Assembly (NCBI GenBank): GCA_958009085.1
Contig: OY253685.1
Location: 248,001-312,000, forward strand
From: Protoeuglena noctilucae
Lineage: Eukaryota
Length of the DNA stretch: 64,000 nt
Direction: 5' to 3'
This document shows positions 23,914 to 37,482 of this stretch, piece by piece. Each line of letters opens with the position of its first letter. Position 1 is the stretch's first letter. Under the pieces are notes generated by a model. It did not search any database and had not been told where the DNA came from. It was given only the letters and a program-made list of their open reading frames with translations. Position numbers and translations under genes: made by a program.

Positions 23914-26900
23914 TCAGAGCTTGTCCTCCCACTCGCTGAGGGGCGGGGGCACCTCCTTGAGCCCCTTGCGCTTGCGCACCTCGGCGACCATCTTGCCGGC
24001 GAGGGTGGAGGGCTCCATGGGGTCCTGGACGATGGTCTCCCAGTGGTCGAAGACGAGCTGGGGGAAGGCCTGACCGGAGGTGGCGGCGCGGAGGTCGCCG
24101 GTGAAGCCAAAGGACTCGGCCACGGGGAGGTGGGCCTTGATGTTGTACATGGGCGTGCCGGGGCGCTGCATCTCCTCGAACACCTGCCCGCGCTTCTGGT
24201 TGATGCACGAGTAGATGCCGCCGAGGGCCGACTCGGGGGCCTGGATCTCGACCAGGAAGATGGGCTCCTGGATGCGGGGGGCGGCAGTGAGCTGGGCGGC
24301 GTAGAGGACGCGGCGGGCGGTGGGGATGATCTGGCCGCCGCCGCGGTGGATGGCGTCGGCGTGGAGCACCACGTCGTGGAGCTGGAAGATGACCCCGCGC
24401 ATGGGCTCGTCGCAGATGGCGCCCGAGGCGGTGGCGTTCTGCATGCCGGCCACCACGTTGTCCTTGATCTCGTTGAGGAACTGCACCCCCTTGGTCACGT
24501 CCACCACGAGGTTGGGGCCCGTGGTGTCGGGGCCGAAGCACCAGATCTTCTTGGCCTCCTCCTTGTCCCAGCCGTAGTCGTCCACCATGCGCTTCTGGCG
24601 CTCCTTCGGGTCGTCGCGGGGCGTGATGATGCCATCCTCGATGGCGTCGGCGAGCTTCTCGTCCATGGGCACGGCCTTGAAGTAGAGGCGGTTGTGCTTG
24701 TTGGGCGACTTGGCCATGACCACACGCACCGACTCCTCCGTGACCGTCTCGCGGAACGGCACCACAGGGTCGGACACCACCAGCTGGGCGCCGCCCATGA
24801 AGTCGTCCTGGAGGTCCTTGAGGCAGATCTCGAGGTGGAGCTCGCCGGCGCCGGCGATGATGCACTGCTTGGTCTCCTCGTCCGTCAGGCACTGGACCAT
24901 GGGGTCCGAGCGCGAGAGGCGCTTCATGCCCTCCACCAGCTTGGGCAGCAGCGCGGGGTCCTTGGTCGTCACCGCCACGCGCACCACGGGCGACACGGAG
25001 AACTTCATCGGCTTCATCGGGAAGCAGTCCTCGTTCTCAGCGTCCGTGATGGTCGCCGTCTGCAGGGGCAGGGTGGGCGGGGGCATGTCAGGGGCGCGCT
25101 GGAGACACTGGGCAGGTGCACATCTCCATCGCTGCAGCAGCCCGGGCGCCAGGCCAGCCACGCGGCTCATGCGCAGCGCGCAGCAGCCACAGCCGCAGCA
25201 ACGCAGCCGCGCAGCCCCATGCCTGCCAGCCGCCAGCGGCACTCAACGCAGCCGCACGCACAGCCCCTATTAAGATAACCCCCCAGCCCCAAGCAGCGTC
25301 ACCTTAGCGATGTACTGGTCGAGGCCGACCAGGGCGACGGTGTTGCCGCAGGGCACGCTCTCGACGGCCTCCTGCTTGCGGCCCATGCAGAGCACGGTGC
25401 GCTGGATGGCCTTAGTGTAGAGGTCCTTCTTCTCGCCGTGGACGTAGTTGGAGCCCATGATGCGGCACTTCTGGCCGCCCGTGACGACGCCCGAGAAGAC
25501 GCGGCCGAAGGCGATGAAGCGGCCCGTGTCGCCGATGGGGATCATCTTGGAGACGTACATCATGAGGGGGCCGTCCTGCTTGCACGCGCGCAGGGCGGCG
25601 GCGTAGCGGTCGTCCTGGGGGCCCTCGTAGAGGGTCTCCGCGCGGTAGACCTGGGCCGTGGCCGGGGACGGGAGGTGGTAGACCATCATGTCGAGGAGGG
25701 CGTCGGCGGCGGGGAGCCAGTGCTGAAGGACGCGCTTCATGAGGGCCTTGCCCGTGAGCTCCTTGTCCTCGTTCTTGAGCTTGACGTTGAGCTTGTCGAG
25801 CATCGCAAAGAGCTGGTCCTTCTTGTCGTTGATGGCCAGCTGCACGATCTGGTTGACGGGCTTGTAGATGAAGGACACGAAGCCGCGCTCGGCCCCCTCC
25901 TTGGCGCCCTTGTACCACTTGTTGGACGAGCGGTCGAAAAAGGAGTCGCCCCACAGGCGGTCCATCATCTTGGACTCCTCCACCCCGAACTTGGCCGCGT
26001 ACATGCGCGCGAACGTCGACAGCGTGAAGGCCCAGCCGTGGAGACCCGCCGAGAAGCACACGGTGCCCTTGTCGGGGTACACCTGCACGTCGCCCATCTT
26101 TTTGTCATCCGAGTACGTCGCCAGCACCACGTTGACGTTCTCAATCACCTTACGGAACGTGTCGTAGGCCTCCTCGGGGTCCATCTGCGCCGAGAGGGGG
26201 AGGGGCCAGGGGCTCAGCACTGGGCGCTAAGCGGGGCTGGACGCGTCACTTGACGCAGGGCGCGCGCAGCGCAGCAGCGCACCGCAGGCGGCGGTCGGTC
26301 AAGCAGCAGTAGCATGTACCGCGCACGGCTCGCTGTCGCGCTTACGCGAGCACCTTTGGCCGCCTGGCCATGCGCCAGCCGCCCCTGCAACGCACCAGCC
26401 GCCGCAGCGTCTCACCTGGAGCTCCAGGAAGCAGCGGTCGAGCTTGTTGACCGTGAGCACGGGCTTGATGCGCTCGCCGAGCGCCTGGCGGAGCACCGTC
26501 TCCGTCTGCACGCACACGCCCTCGATGCAGTCCACCACCACCAGCGCGCCGTCCGTGATGCGGAGGGCAGCCGTCACTTCCGACGAGAAGTCCACGTGTC
26601 CGGGGGAGTCGATCAGGTTGATCAGGTAGTCGTTACCGTCACGCTGGCCTGTGACAGGGCGGGGGGGAACCAGCGGGTGAGCGGTGCTGGTGGGATGGGA
26701 TCGTCCGCCGGGCCCAGCTCTGTGGCGCTGTCAACTCTCACCCTTGTACTCCTTGAGCTTGGCGTCGTCGATCTGGTAGTACAGGGAGATACCCGTGGAC
26801 TTGATCGTGATGCCGCGCTCCGCCTCGTCCGCGCGCGTGTCGGTGAGGCGCACGTCGCCGGCCTGCTCCATCGCAATGATACCCGCCGCCGCCACCAGCG

Positions 26901-27848
26901 AGTCGGTCAGCGTCGACTTGCCTGCGCGAAGGAACCGGATCAAGGGTCACGCAGGGACGGAAACATCGCCCCGCCCGGTCCCGCGCGGCCCACGCCGCCC
27001 CCAAACCCTTGTGGTGGCCCTGGCGGCCGCGACAGGACGCCGCGCGGGCCGCATCGCATCGCCACAGCTGCAAAATAACCCCGTGCAAAGAAAGGGATCC
27101 CATGGACGGCCCGGGTGGCGCGCTGGGCTCCCGAAAAAGGGCCGCGGGCTCGGCAGGGAAAGCGAGACCACATAGCAGCTCTGCCACATCGCCACCACGC
27201 ACAGAAGAGACCATGGAGCACGCTTGCCGCGTGGGCCGGGCGCCAGGGGCTCGGGCGCGCCTCCCCGACGCCGCTCACCGTGGTCGACGTGGGCGATGAC
27301 GGACATGTTCCTAATGTTGTGGGTCCTGCGAGCGACGGAGGAGGCGGGGGCATCGGCGGGCGCGGTCGCCGGCGGCTCCAGGGGAAAGCGGCACGAGATG
27401 CCTCGGGCCGTCGCAGCGCGCGGGAGGAGGGCGGGCGCCCTGATCCCGATAGCCCAGCAGCGGCGACGGGGCGGAACAAACGTCCGGGTGACGCGGCGGC
27501 CCCCGGGGCTCCCGGCTCGGGCGGCGCGGGGGCTCCCTGGGGGCGCCGCTGGCCAGGAGCCGGAATCTCCCCGGGAGGGCCGAGAGACCCATCCCGACGG
27601 ATGTTCGCGTCGACATGCAACCGGGGAGGCGGCGTGGGACCCCGCCGGCGTCGCCGATCCCCCGGACTCCCGGGTCACCGCCCGGCCAGCCAGGGGCCGC
27701 AGCCGCGGGCACCTCGTGGCCGGGCGGCCCCCCCGCCCCGGCCACGAGCTACCGGACACGAAACGCAGGGAATGGGATGCAGGGGCGGCCACGCGCGGCC
27801 TCACTTGTCCATCAGGGTACGGATCTCGTCGATGGTGAACTTCGGCAT
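23914..27848 (-). CDS. EEF2: Translation elongation factor 2 (eEF2), multi-exon
   Basis: [56 protein letters not shown], diphthamide loop [21 protein letters not shown]. Confidence 0.99.
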
Positions 27849-28152
27849 GTTCCACCCTCCTTCTCGAGACGGTCCCGACAGGGAGAGGGCAGGACAGGCA
27901 GGACCTGCGCCCCGGAGGCCCCCCTTGGGCGCGGGGGCTCGCTGGCTGCCGGTGTCACTGACACGGCTGACATGCGTGCCTGGCGGGGAAGCAAGGGACC
28001 CCGCCAGCGCGACCCTGCGTCACTCGAGCGCCGAAGCAGCCGCGCGTCGCCCCGATCCCTCTGCTAGCCGCCCTCGCTTGTCCGCCGCCCGCCCGGATCG
28101 TCCACGCAGCCCCCGGCCGAGCGCGGACCCTCGATCTCGCCCGATCCGAGTC

Positions 28153-29709
28153 ATGAGCGCGGTGGCGATGCGCGCGTGCCCGCTGGCGCGGGGGACGGGG
28201 TGCTCCCGCGCCTCCCCTGCCCCCGCTGCCGCGCGCGCGGTGCATCCCGCGCCCCGCCGCTGCGTGGCGACGAGGGCGGCCGCGCTGGAGAAGGAGGTCG
28301 TGGACTCCAGCAGCATCTCGCCCTACCTGCGCGTGTCCATCCTCTCCGAGGCGCTGCCGTACCTGCAAAAGTTCCGCGGCAAGACGGTCGTCATTAAGTA
28401 CGGGGGTGCCGGTGAGGGAACGCCGGGGGCGTGCCACGCGAACGGCGCCTTCGGGCGCGGCGGGGCTGCGCGGTGCGCGCGCTGGCCCTGTACCTAACCC
28501 CGCCCCTTGCACGCCCCCCCTGCGCCTCGATTCCCCGCGCCCCGCCCCCTCTGCGGACGCTGCGCCATCTGCGATGCCGTTTGCGCCAGGGGACGGCCCC
28601 GCGGCTCGCGCGCGTCGCTCGGGCGGACGCGGGACCCTCGCACGTGCGTCGCAGCCATGAAGGACGAGAAGCTCAAGGACCGCGTCGTCTCGGACGTCGT
28701 CCTCCTCTCCACCGTCGGCATCCGGCCGGTTCTCGTGCACGGCGGCGGCCCAGAGATCAACAGCTGGCTGGGCAAGCTGGGCATCGCCGCCAACTTCAAG
28801 AACGGGTGCGGGGCGTAGCGGCCGCTTCAGTGGCGCGGGTGCTGTTCGCGCCGCTGCCGCGAGCTCCCCCGCTGCGCTCCCCCCGCAGTCTGCGCGTGAC
28901 GGACGGGCCGACCATGGAGGTCGTGGAGATGGTGCTGGTGGGCAAGGTCAACAAGTCGATCGTGACCCTCATCAACCAGGCGAGCCTTGGCGCGGGGTGT
29001 TCAGTGCTGTGGCAATCTATGGTTGGTCTTTCTGTGCGGCATGTCAATGAACCGTGGATGCACATGCCCTCCTGCAGGCTGGCGGCTCTGCGGTGGGCAT
29101 GTGCGGCAAGGACGGGCGCCTGCTGGTGGCGCGGCAGATGGTGGAGGAGGAGCTGGGGTTTGTGGGGGAGGTGACGTCGGTGAACCCGACCGTGCTCAAG
29201 AACATCATGCAGGACAACACGATCCCCGTCATCGCCACCGTGGCCCAGGACCACACCGGGCAGGCCCTGAACGTCAACGCCGACACGGCCGCGGGCGAGA
29301 TCGCCGCGGCGGTCGGCGCCGAGAAGCTCATCCTCATGACGGACGTGCCGGGCGTGATGCGCAACAAGGACGACATCAGCACGTTGTTCCGCAGCCTCAC
29401 CATCCGCGAGGCGCGGGAGCTGATCAAGGACGGCGTCATCGCGGGCGGCATGATCCCCAAGGTCCAGTGCTGCGTCCGCTCCCTCTCCCAGGTGAGACGC
29501 GCAGAGCTGAGCGCCCAGAGCGGGGCGTGAAGCGTTGCGAGTGGCCGTGCCTTCCACGTGCGTGTGTGGCAACGTCTCACAGACAGTTTGCTCCTCTGAC
29601 TGGCACGCAGGGCATCGGGGCCGCTCACATCATCGACGGGCGCCAGCCTCACTCGCTGCTGCAAGAGCTCCTCACCGACTCGGGCGTGGGCACCATGATC
29701 ACGGGCTGA
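28153..29709 (+). CDS. NAGK: N-acetylglutamate kinase, plastid
   Basis: [65 protein letters not shown]. Confidence 0.97.
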
Positions 29710-29932
29710 GCGGGTGCTTGGCTGGCATGGCGATTTTAGACTGGCAACAGCCGCGGCCGTTTGGCAAGGCTCGTCCGGCTCGTCCGGACGCTAGAGTCCC
29801 CGCGTGCGTTTGAAGTGACCGCTGATCGGTACGCTAGGTCGCTAGGAGAGAAAGGATACGAGGAACTGGTATGGACAGCGCGCACATGCAGCTGATGAGT
29901 CAAGCGCACGCCCCGCAGCGCCCCGTGCTGCT

Positions 29933-31657
29933 TCACACGTCAACCAGCTTGTCCAGCTCTTCGCGGATGCGCTTCTCCGCCTCGCACAGGCGCAGGTGCT
30001 GGTCCTGCAGCGCGCTCGTCACGGCCGGGCCCGAGAGACCCTGGTCCTCGTACTTGTCAAGTAACTCCAGCGTGTCCGTCTCCGCCTTGATTGCGCACTC
30101 GCGCTGGTCCAGCTCAATCCGCACCGCCTGCGAATCCAAACGGTGCAGAAACGCTCTCAAGCACCAAACGTCACGCATTGTCACGGTGAGGCACGTGGGT
30201 GGGAGAGAGACAACAAGAAGCCCGCACCTCGAGTCCCCTGGGAATGCGCGAGTTGTAGTCGAGACGAGTGGCGAAGTCCCGATCGCTGAAGGCCTTGGGG
30301 GGTGGCACGCCCGTGTAGACTTCCCTCAAGGGCGCCTTGTACGTGTTGATGTCCACCCTCTCGTCGTCCAGCATGATCAGCTCGTCTGCAAACGAACGGC
30401 ACAGAACAGTCAACTCGCTACGCCGAAGCTGGTCAATCAGCCGCCCTTCTAACCCTGCAGGCATGCGTTTGCTGGCCATGCGCATGGACACCTGGGGCTG
30501 CCTTGAGGATGTCGAACTCCTCCCAGGACTCCTGGGTGCCATGCCCCAGGTTGTAGACGAGCGTCCACTGGTTCTTCGTCGCGTCGAAATCCGAAACCAC
30601 GGCCTCATGCCACCCACCCTTCTCGGGCCAGTACCGCAGCATGCGCCTGCCAATCAAGTCCAGCCCGACCTGCGAGGTGGACTCTTGGGCTTGACAGGCA
30701 ACGAGGGCGCATGCAGGAGGGTAGAGCGTGGCCAGCGCGGGCGGGGCGCTCACCTGGAGCATCGGGTTGGCGGCCGGGCCGGCCTGGAGGGCGGGGGGCG
30801 CCGTCTGGGGCGTGACCGGGGGGCCCGCGCGCCGGGACGACGCGGAGCGCGGGGTGGTGGAGCCAAAGATGGGGGAGTCTGCGATCATGGCCTCGACCTT
30901 TGGCCGCGCGGGGCCCTTGCTCCTGGGGCGGGGCGCGGCACGCGGCGGGGGCGGCGGCATCGCAGCCTCGATGGTGAGGGGCCGCGGCTTGGACGATTTG
31001 GGGCGGGCCGCGGAAGACGACTCTGCGGCGCACGGAGCAAGGTATAGAGAGAGCGTTTGCACAGATGGAGGATGCTATTGGAGGATGCTATGGCGACGCC
31101 GCACAGGAAGCCCCCGCAGCTCACCGACGCGTTGCTTCTTGAGCGGCGGCTGGCCCGTCAGCTGGGAAAGCTCGTTATCGTGCTGTGAGCGGAGCGGGGC
31201 GGGTCATTTGCGCGCGGAAGGGGCGGGAGCTGCTTCTCAACGTCCCAAGCGAAAGAGGCCCGGCCGCAGGCATCCAGCGCCTCGCAAGCCCGGGAGCGCC
31301 AGGCTCGCGATGCATTACAGCATGTTCTTCACCTTGAGCTCTTCCAGCACGTTGATGTGCGCATGATCGTCGATCCCCAGCGTGCTGCGCACCAGTGGCA
31401 GAAGACAGGTTTCGCGGCTGATGTGAGCCGATGCCGTCACGCCCTTCCCGGAGCAGCAAATATATAAGCTCAGTGAGTCGAGCACGGGCCGAGCGCGGCA
31501 TCTGTCGGCCCAACGAAGCGCGAATGGCTGCCGGCACACACCTCTTCACCAACCCGACCACGTATTCCGTCCTGAACCCCGAAAGCGTGCCTTCCTTGAC
31601 TTGAATGGCCTTCAAGATGGCCCTGAGGGCGTTGAGGGCCTGCATATCGGCCGGCAT
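29933..31657 (-). CDS. EML: EMSY-like protein (ENT domain + Agenet/Tudor + C-terminal coiled coil)
   Basis: ENT-like N-terminus (ALRAILKA...LGIDDHAHINVLEEL); Agenet-like LIGRRMLRYWPEKGGWHEAVVSDFD..WTLVY..ESWE. Confidence 0.7.
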
Positions 31658-32149
31658 GGCTCCTCACGCCCCCTTCGTCTGCCACACCGGACGCCGAGCG
31701 TCCCCTCCTCCTCCCTGGGGCCCGGAGCACGGCCAGCCAACGCTCCTTGCAATGACGAGCGAAAGGAGCCAGCTGGGGTCCAGCACGGGCCAGCGGCCAA
31801 GGTAAAATGCGGTGGGGTACCACGCCCGGCAGAATTCGGCGCCCCCTCTCAACGTTCTCGACCTCTGGAGGTGATGTACGGCGCACACTGCGATCCTGAG
31901 TCCCCGGCTGCGACTCATCGCACTCAGCGGCGCGCCTGCGGCTTCACCGACACAGCAAGCGCTGGCACCATTCGCTCTTCCACGGACTTGCCCGTGGCGG
32001 TAGCTGACGAGAGTATGCTGAAGCTAACGGGGCAGCACCCCTAGCAGCGGGTTGTGGAGGCTTGGACGCCTGAAGGCATGATGGTCTGCACGTGCTGAGG
32101 GCCCTGTCGCCCTCCATCGCGCTGGCGGTGAAGTCGCTGTGTAACATCG

Positions 32150-35100
32150 ATGTCGGAGGGTCCCGCCATCACGCTCCCACGCGTGCTGGACATCAAGGCA
32201 AGACGCCTTGAGTGGCGGCCGCCCGAGACCCGACGCGCCGCGCTCAGCAGACGACTTCGGGCGGTGTGACGAGGCGTCGCATCATCCTACACTAAATGCA
32301 AATCGGTTGTTGTAAGCCCTTTCGGCGCAGGACTTCGCGGCAGCGCGAGACCAAGAGGTCCGTGCCCTTCTGCAAGCGCTGGCGGGCCGGGAGTCCAAGC
32401 GGCCGCTTGGGTCCCTTCCGCGGCATCTCCGAAGACGGACGCATTCGCACAATCTGCGCAAGGCAAGGGAGGGACTTGGCTGAGACTAGGGGAAGCCCCA
32501 CAGGGTGCAGCTGTCTGCTGTCGCCTGCGGCTGGGCCAAGCGGTGGCGCCTCCCGCCTCTTCCGCAGCACCGCAAGCGTCCCAATCGCGTCCTGCGCGCG
32601 AAGCGAAAGGAAGCTGAGGAGCAGGCCGGCCTCGAGGCGTGGTCTGCTGCGCGGCACCCGCTGGAGCGCCCCCTCATCCGCGATGACGTCCTGCGAGGGG
32701 CGGGGCTCCCGCTGCTGCGCGCGGCCCGGCGCCGGCCGGAGAGGATGGCCATAGAGACGCTCCGGGCGCTTCTGGAAACCGCGGGTCCCCTTTCTGAAGC
32801 TCCGGAGAGGCCCGCCAAGCGCCCGACCGAGGCTGATGGCGCCACAGACGGCAGCGAGGGGCCTGCGAGAAAGCGGCGGAGGCTCGATACCGGCGATGCG
32901 TCGGCTGAGGATCGCCCGACGCCCACGCTGCGGCTGATGACCCACCGGTGGCACGCCAAGCGCATGCAGATGGGGCGGCGGTGGGGCATGAGCGTGTGCG
33001 AGGGTGCCGCGGGTCGCGGGCGGGGTTCCCGGGCCGTCCTGCAGTCGCTCTCTACCAGCTTTGTCCTGCACGATGCGTCGTATTACGAATGGGTGGGACT
33101 TAAGGGCCCGGTGGAAGCGGTGGGCCGCATGCTGCGTCAGTGTGGCGTTCCGAGCGCCGTCCTGGACGACCCAGAGGTGCTGTCGGGCGGGCGCGAGTTT
33201 CAAGTGGAACTCGGTGAGGGGCTGCGGGTGTGGTTGCAGTGGGGATGCTGCGGATGTTGCCAGGCACGCTGGTGTAACCGCTTGCAGCTGTCCCTTCTTG
33301 CTAACACGCACACCTTCACTCCCTCTGTGCCACAGTGCAGCCGGGAGGCCGGGTGGTGTGCCCTGCCACGCTCTTCTTCGCCCCTGCAGCTGCGATGGCG
33401 TCTGGTGCTGCCAAGGGAGATGCAGGATGCTTGTTGAGCGTCCACCGAGCCAGCTACCGCGCAGCAGTGCGCTTGCTATCGAGGACAGCTCAGGGGGGGT
33501 GCCGGACACAGCCGGCGATGGGAGGGGGGGCTCTGGATGCAGATGCGGTGGGGGTTAGGGGCGGAGGAGCGCGTGAAGGTGGGGCAGAGCATAACGTCGG
33601 CACTGCGAGGGCCTCTGAGCAGGAGGGGTCCGGTGTTGCACCGTCGGGTCGCCAAGCAGACCCTTCTCTGCTATCTGTCGAAGTGGTGCCCCTGGGTCAC
33701 ACGCTCTTCCGACTGGAGATGTGGGGCAAGCGCGCCCTCAGCGCCGTCACGGGGTCTCTGGTGCCCTCGTCTCACATGCCCCGCAAGGCAAGTTGCTGCC
33801 ATGGCTACTGGCCGGGTCCTGTCGCATGCGCATGAACACAGTTCAGCAATGCATGACGGTAGTCTAGTCTGTTGCCAGCCCTTGTCTCGTCTCTTGCGTG
33901 CCCAGGGCGATTCACAGTCAATCGACACGACCGCGACGTCCCCCGCCGCGTCGCTCCTCGCGATGACGAGGACCTTTGGGGCCGACGCGTGGCGCCGCGT
34001 GCCGCCCGGTAGCGTCCTCTCCTTCTCGACGCCGGATCCGAGGCTCGTCATGGCCACGCAGTCGGGGAGCGTGGGGTCAAGGAACCGAGCCAACAAGCAG
34101 GGAGGGAGCAGGCGTGGGCGTGTGGATGGTGGCAGCGGGGCGAACTCCATAAGGGGCGGCGCAGCGAGTGCCGGGACCAGTGTGGATAAGAAGGGGAAGG
34201 GTTTGGGGGCGCGCGTGGGGCGAGCCGTGACGAGGACCGCTGCACAGGTGGCACGAGGGGAGGGCGGGGCAACACTCACAGAGGGCAGAGTGGAAGGCAT
34301 GTGGGGGTTCCTGCAGGGTGCAAGCGGTGCACAGGGGGTGTGGTGAGTCGCAGGCATAGTCGTGAACTGCATGAGCAGGCCGTGGAGCTCAGAGGGTAGA
34401 AGTAATCCCGCACCTGTTTCCATGCAGGGACGGGCTGTGTGCGCCTCTTCCAGACAGCGCCGTGGCGGTGGTGCGTCGTGCGCACGTGCAGTCTGCCATG
34501 TGCTTGGGCAGCCGCTGGTGAGTGGCGAGGGGTGCATTAGCAGCGATTGGGAGGAGAGCGTTTTTTGTACCAGTCTGGGACATCTCTGAGTGAATGCAGC
34601 CTGCCCTTTGGCTCTGCAGGGAAGACGCCTTTGCAGACAACCGCGCCCCCTCTGCCACCCCTTCAACTGCTCGCAAGGGCCGCAGGGGTGTCGAGCGCAC
34701 CAAGGCCGTCGCGACGCCAGGTGAGCCCACCACTGCCTCTGCCAGTGTCCTTCTTAAGGGCAAGGTTGAAGTCAAGCGGGCAGGCGACCCCCCAGTCCAA
34801 TTCAACTCCCGCTGACTTCCTCAGCCCCCGCCTCTCCCTCAGAGTCGGTCGGGATGGCTCCATGCACCCCCGGCGCCTTCTCCCAGGACTGCCCTTTGAT
34901 GGTCTCGGTGCACCCCACAGGCACTGGCACCTACCCGCGAGTCACGGTCGTGGGTCCCGTGGCGTGGGCCGCGCCCATCTTCGCTGCGCTGGCCAGGCAG
35001 GGAGCGCGTGTGGCGGGCCAGCGCGAGTGGCGGTGGTGCCATGCCTCACAGGGCGTGCCTCTCTTCCCGTATGATTTACCGGGTACGGACGCCTTCGTGC

Positions 35101-35976
35101 GCACGCGGGCCGAGGATGGCAAGCGCCTGGGTGGGTGGGGGGCCGCGCGGCCGAGCGGGCGCGTGTCCCTACGCCGTGTAGCAGCGGTGCCAGTCAGCGA
35201 CGTTGGCAAAGTCGTCCGACTGGAGGGCGGGGGGTTAGGGACCACGGGTGTGCGCACGAGTCGGAAAGGCCGTGGTAGTGGACAGAGCGACGTGGGTGGC
35301 GGCGAGGGCGGGGGTGCTGGCGACGCAGGCGTGGACGGCGAGGGCGGCAGCGGACGGGGCCAGGGTCGAGAGCAACGCTCGACAGCGACGTCCGAGGGTG
35401 ATGGAGAAGGGAGGCCGGACCGTCGCGTGGCCCTGACCGACAGTCCCAGTCTCGTGGAGGGGCTGGTGAGTCACGCGCTATCGTCTCGTGTCTGGCGTGC
35501 CTGTGTTTTGCCAGCTGGGTGGTCTGTGCGATGTTAGAGACCCCTTGCGTGCCCAGATGTGCCATGTGGCGGCGCGGGGGGCCACGTCGGCGGCGGTGGA
35601 GGTCGGGGAGGCCCTGGCATCACGGCAGGTGCGCTTCCTGTCAGCCGGGGCCAGGGCCGGGGCGCTGGTGCCGGTGGCTATCGCACCCAAGCGCAGGGGG
35701 CGGCTGGAGGAAGGGGCGCGGGTGATGGTACGGGCGGGGCCGGGGCGTGCTCGCGTGGTGGGGGTGGTCACAAGCGCAGTCCCTGCCGGGACCCGGCTTG
35801 GGGTGGGGGCGTGTGCAGCGGAATGGCTGCAGGGCGCACGCGACGGTGCGGGTGCGGGTGCGGGGCGCAGGGCGGTGCGGGTGTTTGTTGAGGACAAGGG
35901 GCAGGGGGGGCGCCTGGTGGAGGCGAGCGTGTGGGCGGGGGACGCCAGGAGACGCGCTGTGCGGTGCGCGCGGTGA
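32150..35976 (+). CDS. POP1: RNase P/MRP subunit POP1
   Basis: LPRVLDIK|DFAAAR, LPRHLRRRTHSHN, THRWHAKRM..WG, LHDASYY, GQREWRW..FPYDLPGT (POPLD region); three GC donors. Confidence 0.88.
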
Positions 35977-36342
35977 CGGACTCGGGGTCGCACTCTCAAA
36001 GTGCTGCACAAATTCGTTTGTTTGAACGGTGCACGAGCTCTGCAGCATTGCTTGTGGCACGAAAGCACAGAGAGGTGCAATGCTGGCTGGCTGACACATA
36101 TCGTGGCGTGTTTTCTGACGCAAATTGTGGGAAGGGCGTGCCACAGCACCCCCACGCCACAGTCATCCAAATCTCGACCTGTCGTCTCGAGAGCGCACGC
36201 CCGGCCACGTCCCGCTCGCGTGTGGCGCACGCTGCCCCCACGCCCTCTCATTCCTCCCATTTTAACGCTCTTGCGTCCGCGGCGCTGCACAGCGTGCCTT
36301 CCACAGACATTCCTTGTCGAGCTTGCACCCTGTTGAGAGGAA

Positions 36343-37107
36343 ATGCTTCGCGCGTCCCCCCGGGCGACCCCGCTGGCCACGTCAGCGAGGTGGTCTGTTA
36401 GGCCCCTCCCTCTCGCTCCCCTCGTCGCTCGTCGCGCGCCGGTGACTCGCGTGGGAGGATCCTCAAGCGTGGGCTCGTCCGTCTCGCCGGCGAACCGGCC
36501 GATTACGATCACGGGTGCGTCCGCGCCACGCATGCACGCGTGTGGCCTGCGCGAGCTCGTGCCGCGCGCTCCCGTTCCGCCGACGAGCTCCAGCGACACT
36601 TTTTCAACAACGCTACCGACCAAGATGGCGCGGTGGCCCGTTCGCGCAGAGAATGCGCTGAAGCACCTCAACGCCCTGCGCGACGAGTCGGGCCGGAAGA
36701 CGCTCTTGCGGATGGGCGTCAAATCGGGAGGATGCGGAGGCATGTCGTACGTGATGGACTTTGAGGAGGAGGGGAACGTAAAGGTGGGTCCCGAGCTCTG
36801 TTTTCCTTGATCACGAAGCAGGTCTCTGGACCGTGCCCTCCCTCGCTTACCTGGGCCACTGGGTGGTGCTCAGTGTGGGGCGTTCGGCATGGATGCTGAT
36901 GGCACTGATCACTCCCGATCGCTGCAGAAGGAGGACATCGTGATGGAGTACGACGACGGGTTCACGCTGGTGTGCGACCCGAAGAGCCTCTTGTATCTGT
37001 TCGGCCTGCATCTCGACTACAGCAACCAGCTCGTCGGCGGTGGCTTCGTCTTCCGCAACCCCAACGCGTCCAGCACTTGCGGCTGCGGAAAGAGCTTTGG
37101 CATCTGA
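36343..37107 (+). CDS. ISCA: Plastid A-type Fe-S carrier IscA/SufA
   Basis: [40 protein letters not shown]; transit-like N-terminus. Confidence 0.95.
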
Positions 37108-37157
37108 GGTGCTTCTCCCTCTCCCTCAGACGCGTCTGTCGACTGCTGCCATTGCCT

Positions 37158-37270
37158 GCTGTCTAGCCGCGAGCACGGCCCATCCTTGAATGAAACGCAT
37201 CGTGCATCATGCAGACGCATCTGTTGCCTGCTGTCCATGCTGTCTAGCCGCGAGCACGGCACATCCTTGA
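37158..37270 (+). repeat. Short direct repeat (~31 bp, offset 81 bp) downstream of IscA
   Basis: GCTGTCTAGCCGCGAGCACGGC(C/A)CATCCTTGA occurs twice. Confidence 0.8.
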
Positions 37271-37482
37271 TGCGACACACGGCGACCAGCGGGTAGGCCC
37301 TGCATGTCCTGGTGCCACAAGGTGGATTGAGACGAGTAGCTGTCCAGCTAGGCGTTGGGAAAAGAGCCTGATCGTGGCAGATCTGGAGCCAATCGGCAGG
37401 GCTCGCTGCGAGCCAGTTAGTTAAGCTCGGGGCGCTCTGGAGAGAATCCTCGACCCTTGCTTTCATCGGGAGTCGATCGAGA

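Noticed and set aside
24043..26253. Long + strand ORFs (411 aa, 271 aa)
   Set aside because: Antisense shadows of GC3-rich eEF2 exons. The same applies to most overlapping ORFs in the track.
33551..35240. Telomere-like GGGTTAGGG words
   Set aside because: Isolated single units inside G-rich POP1 sequence, with no array.
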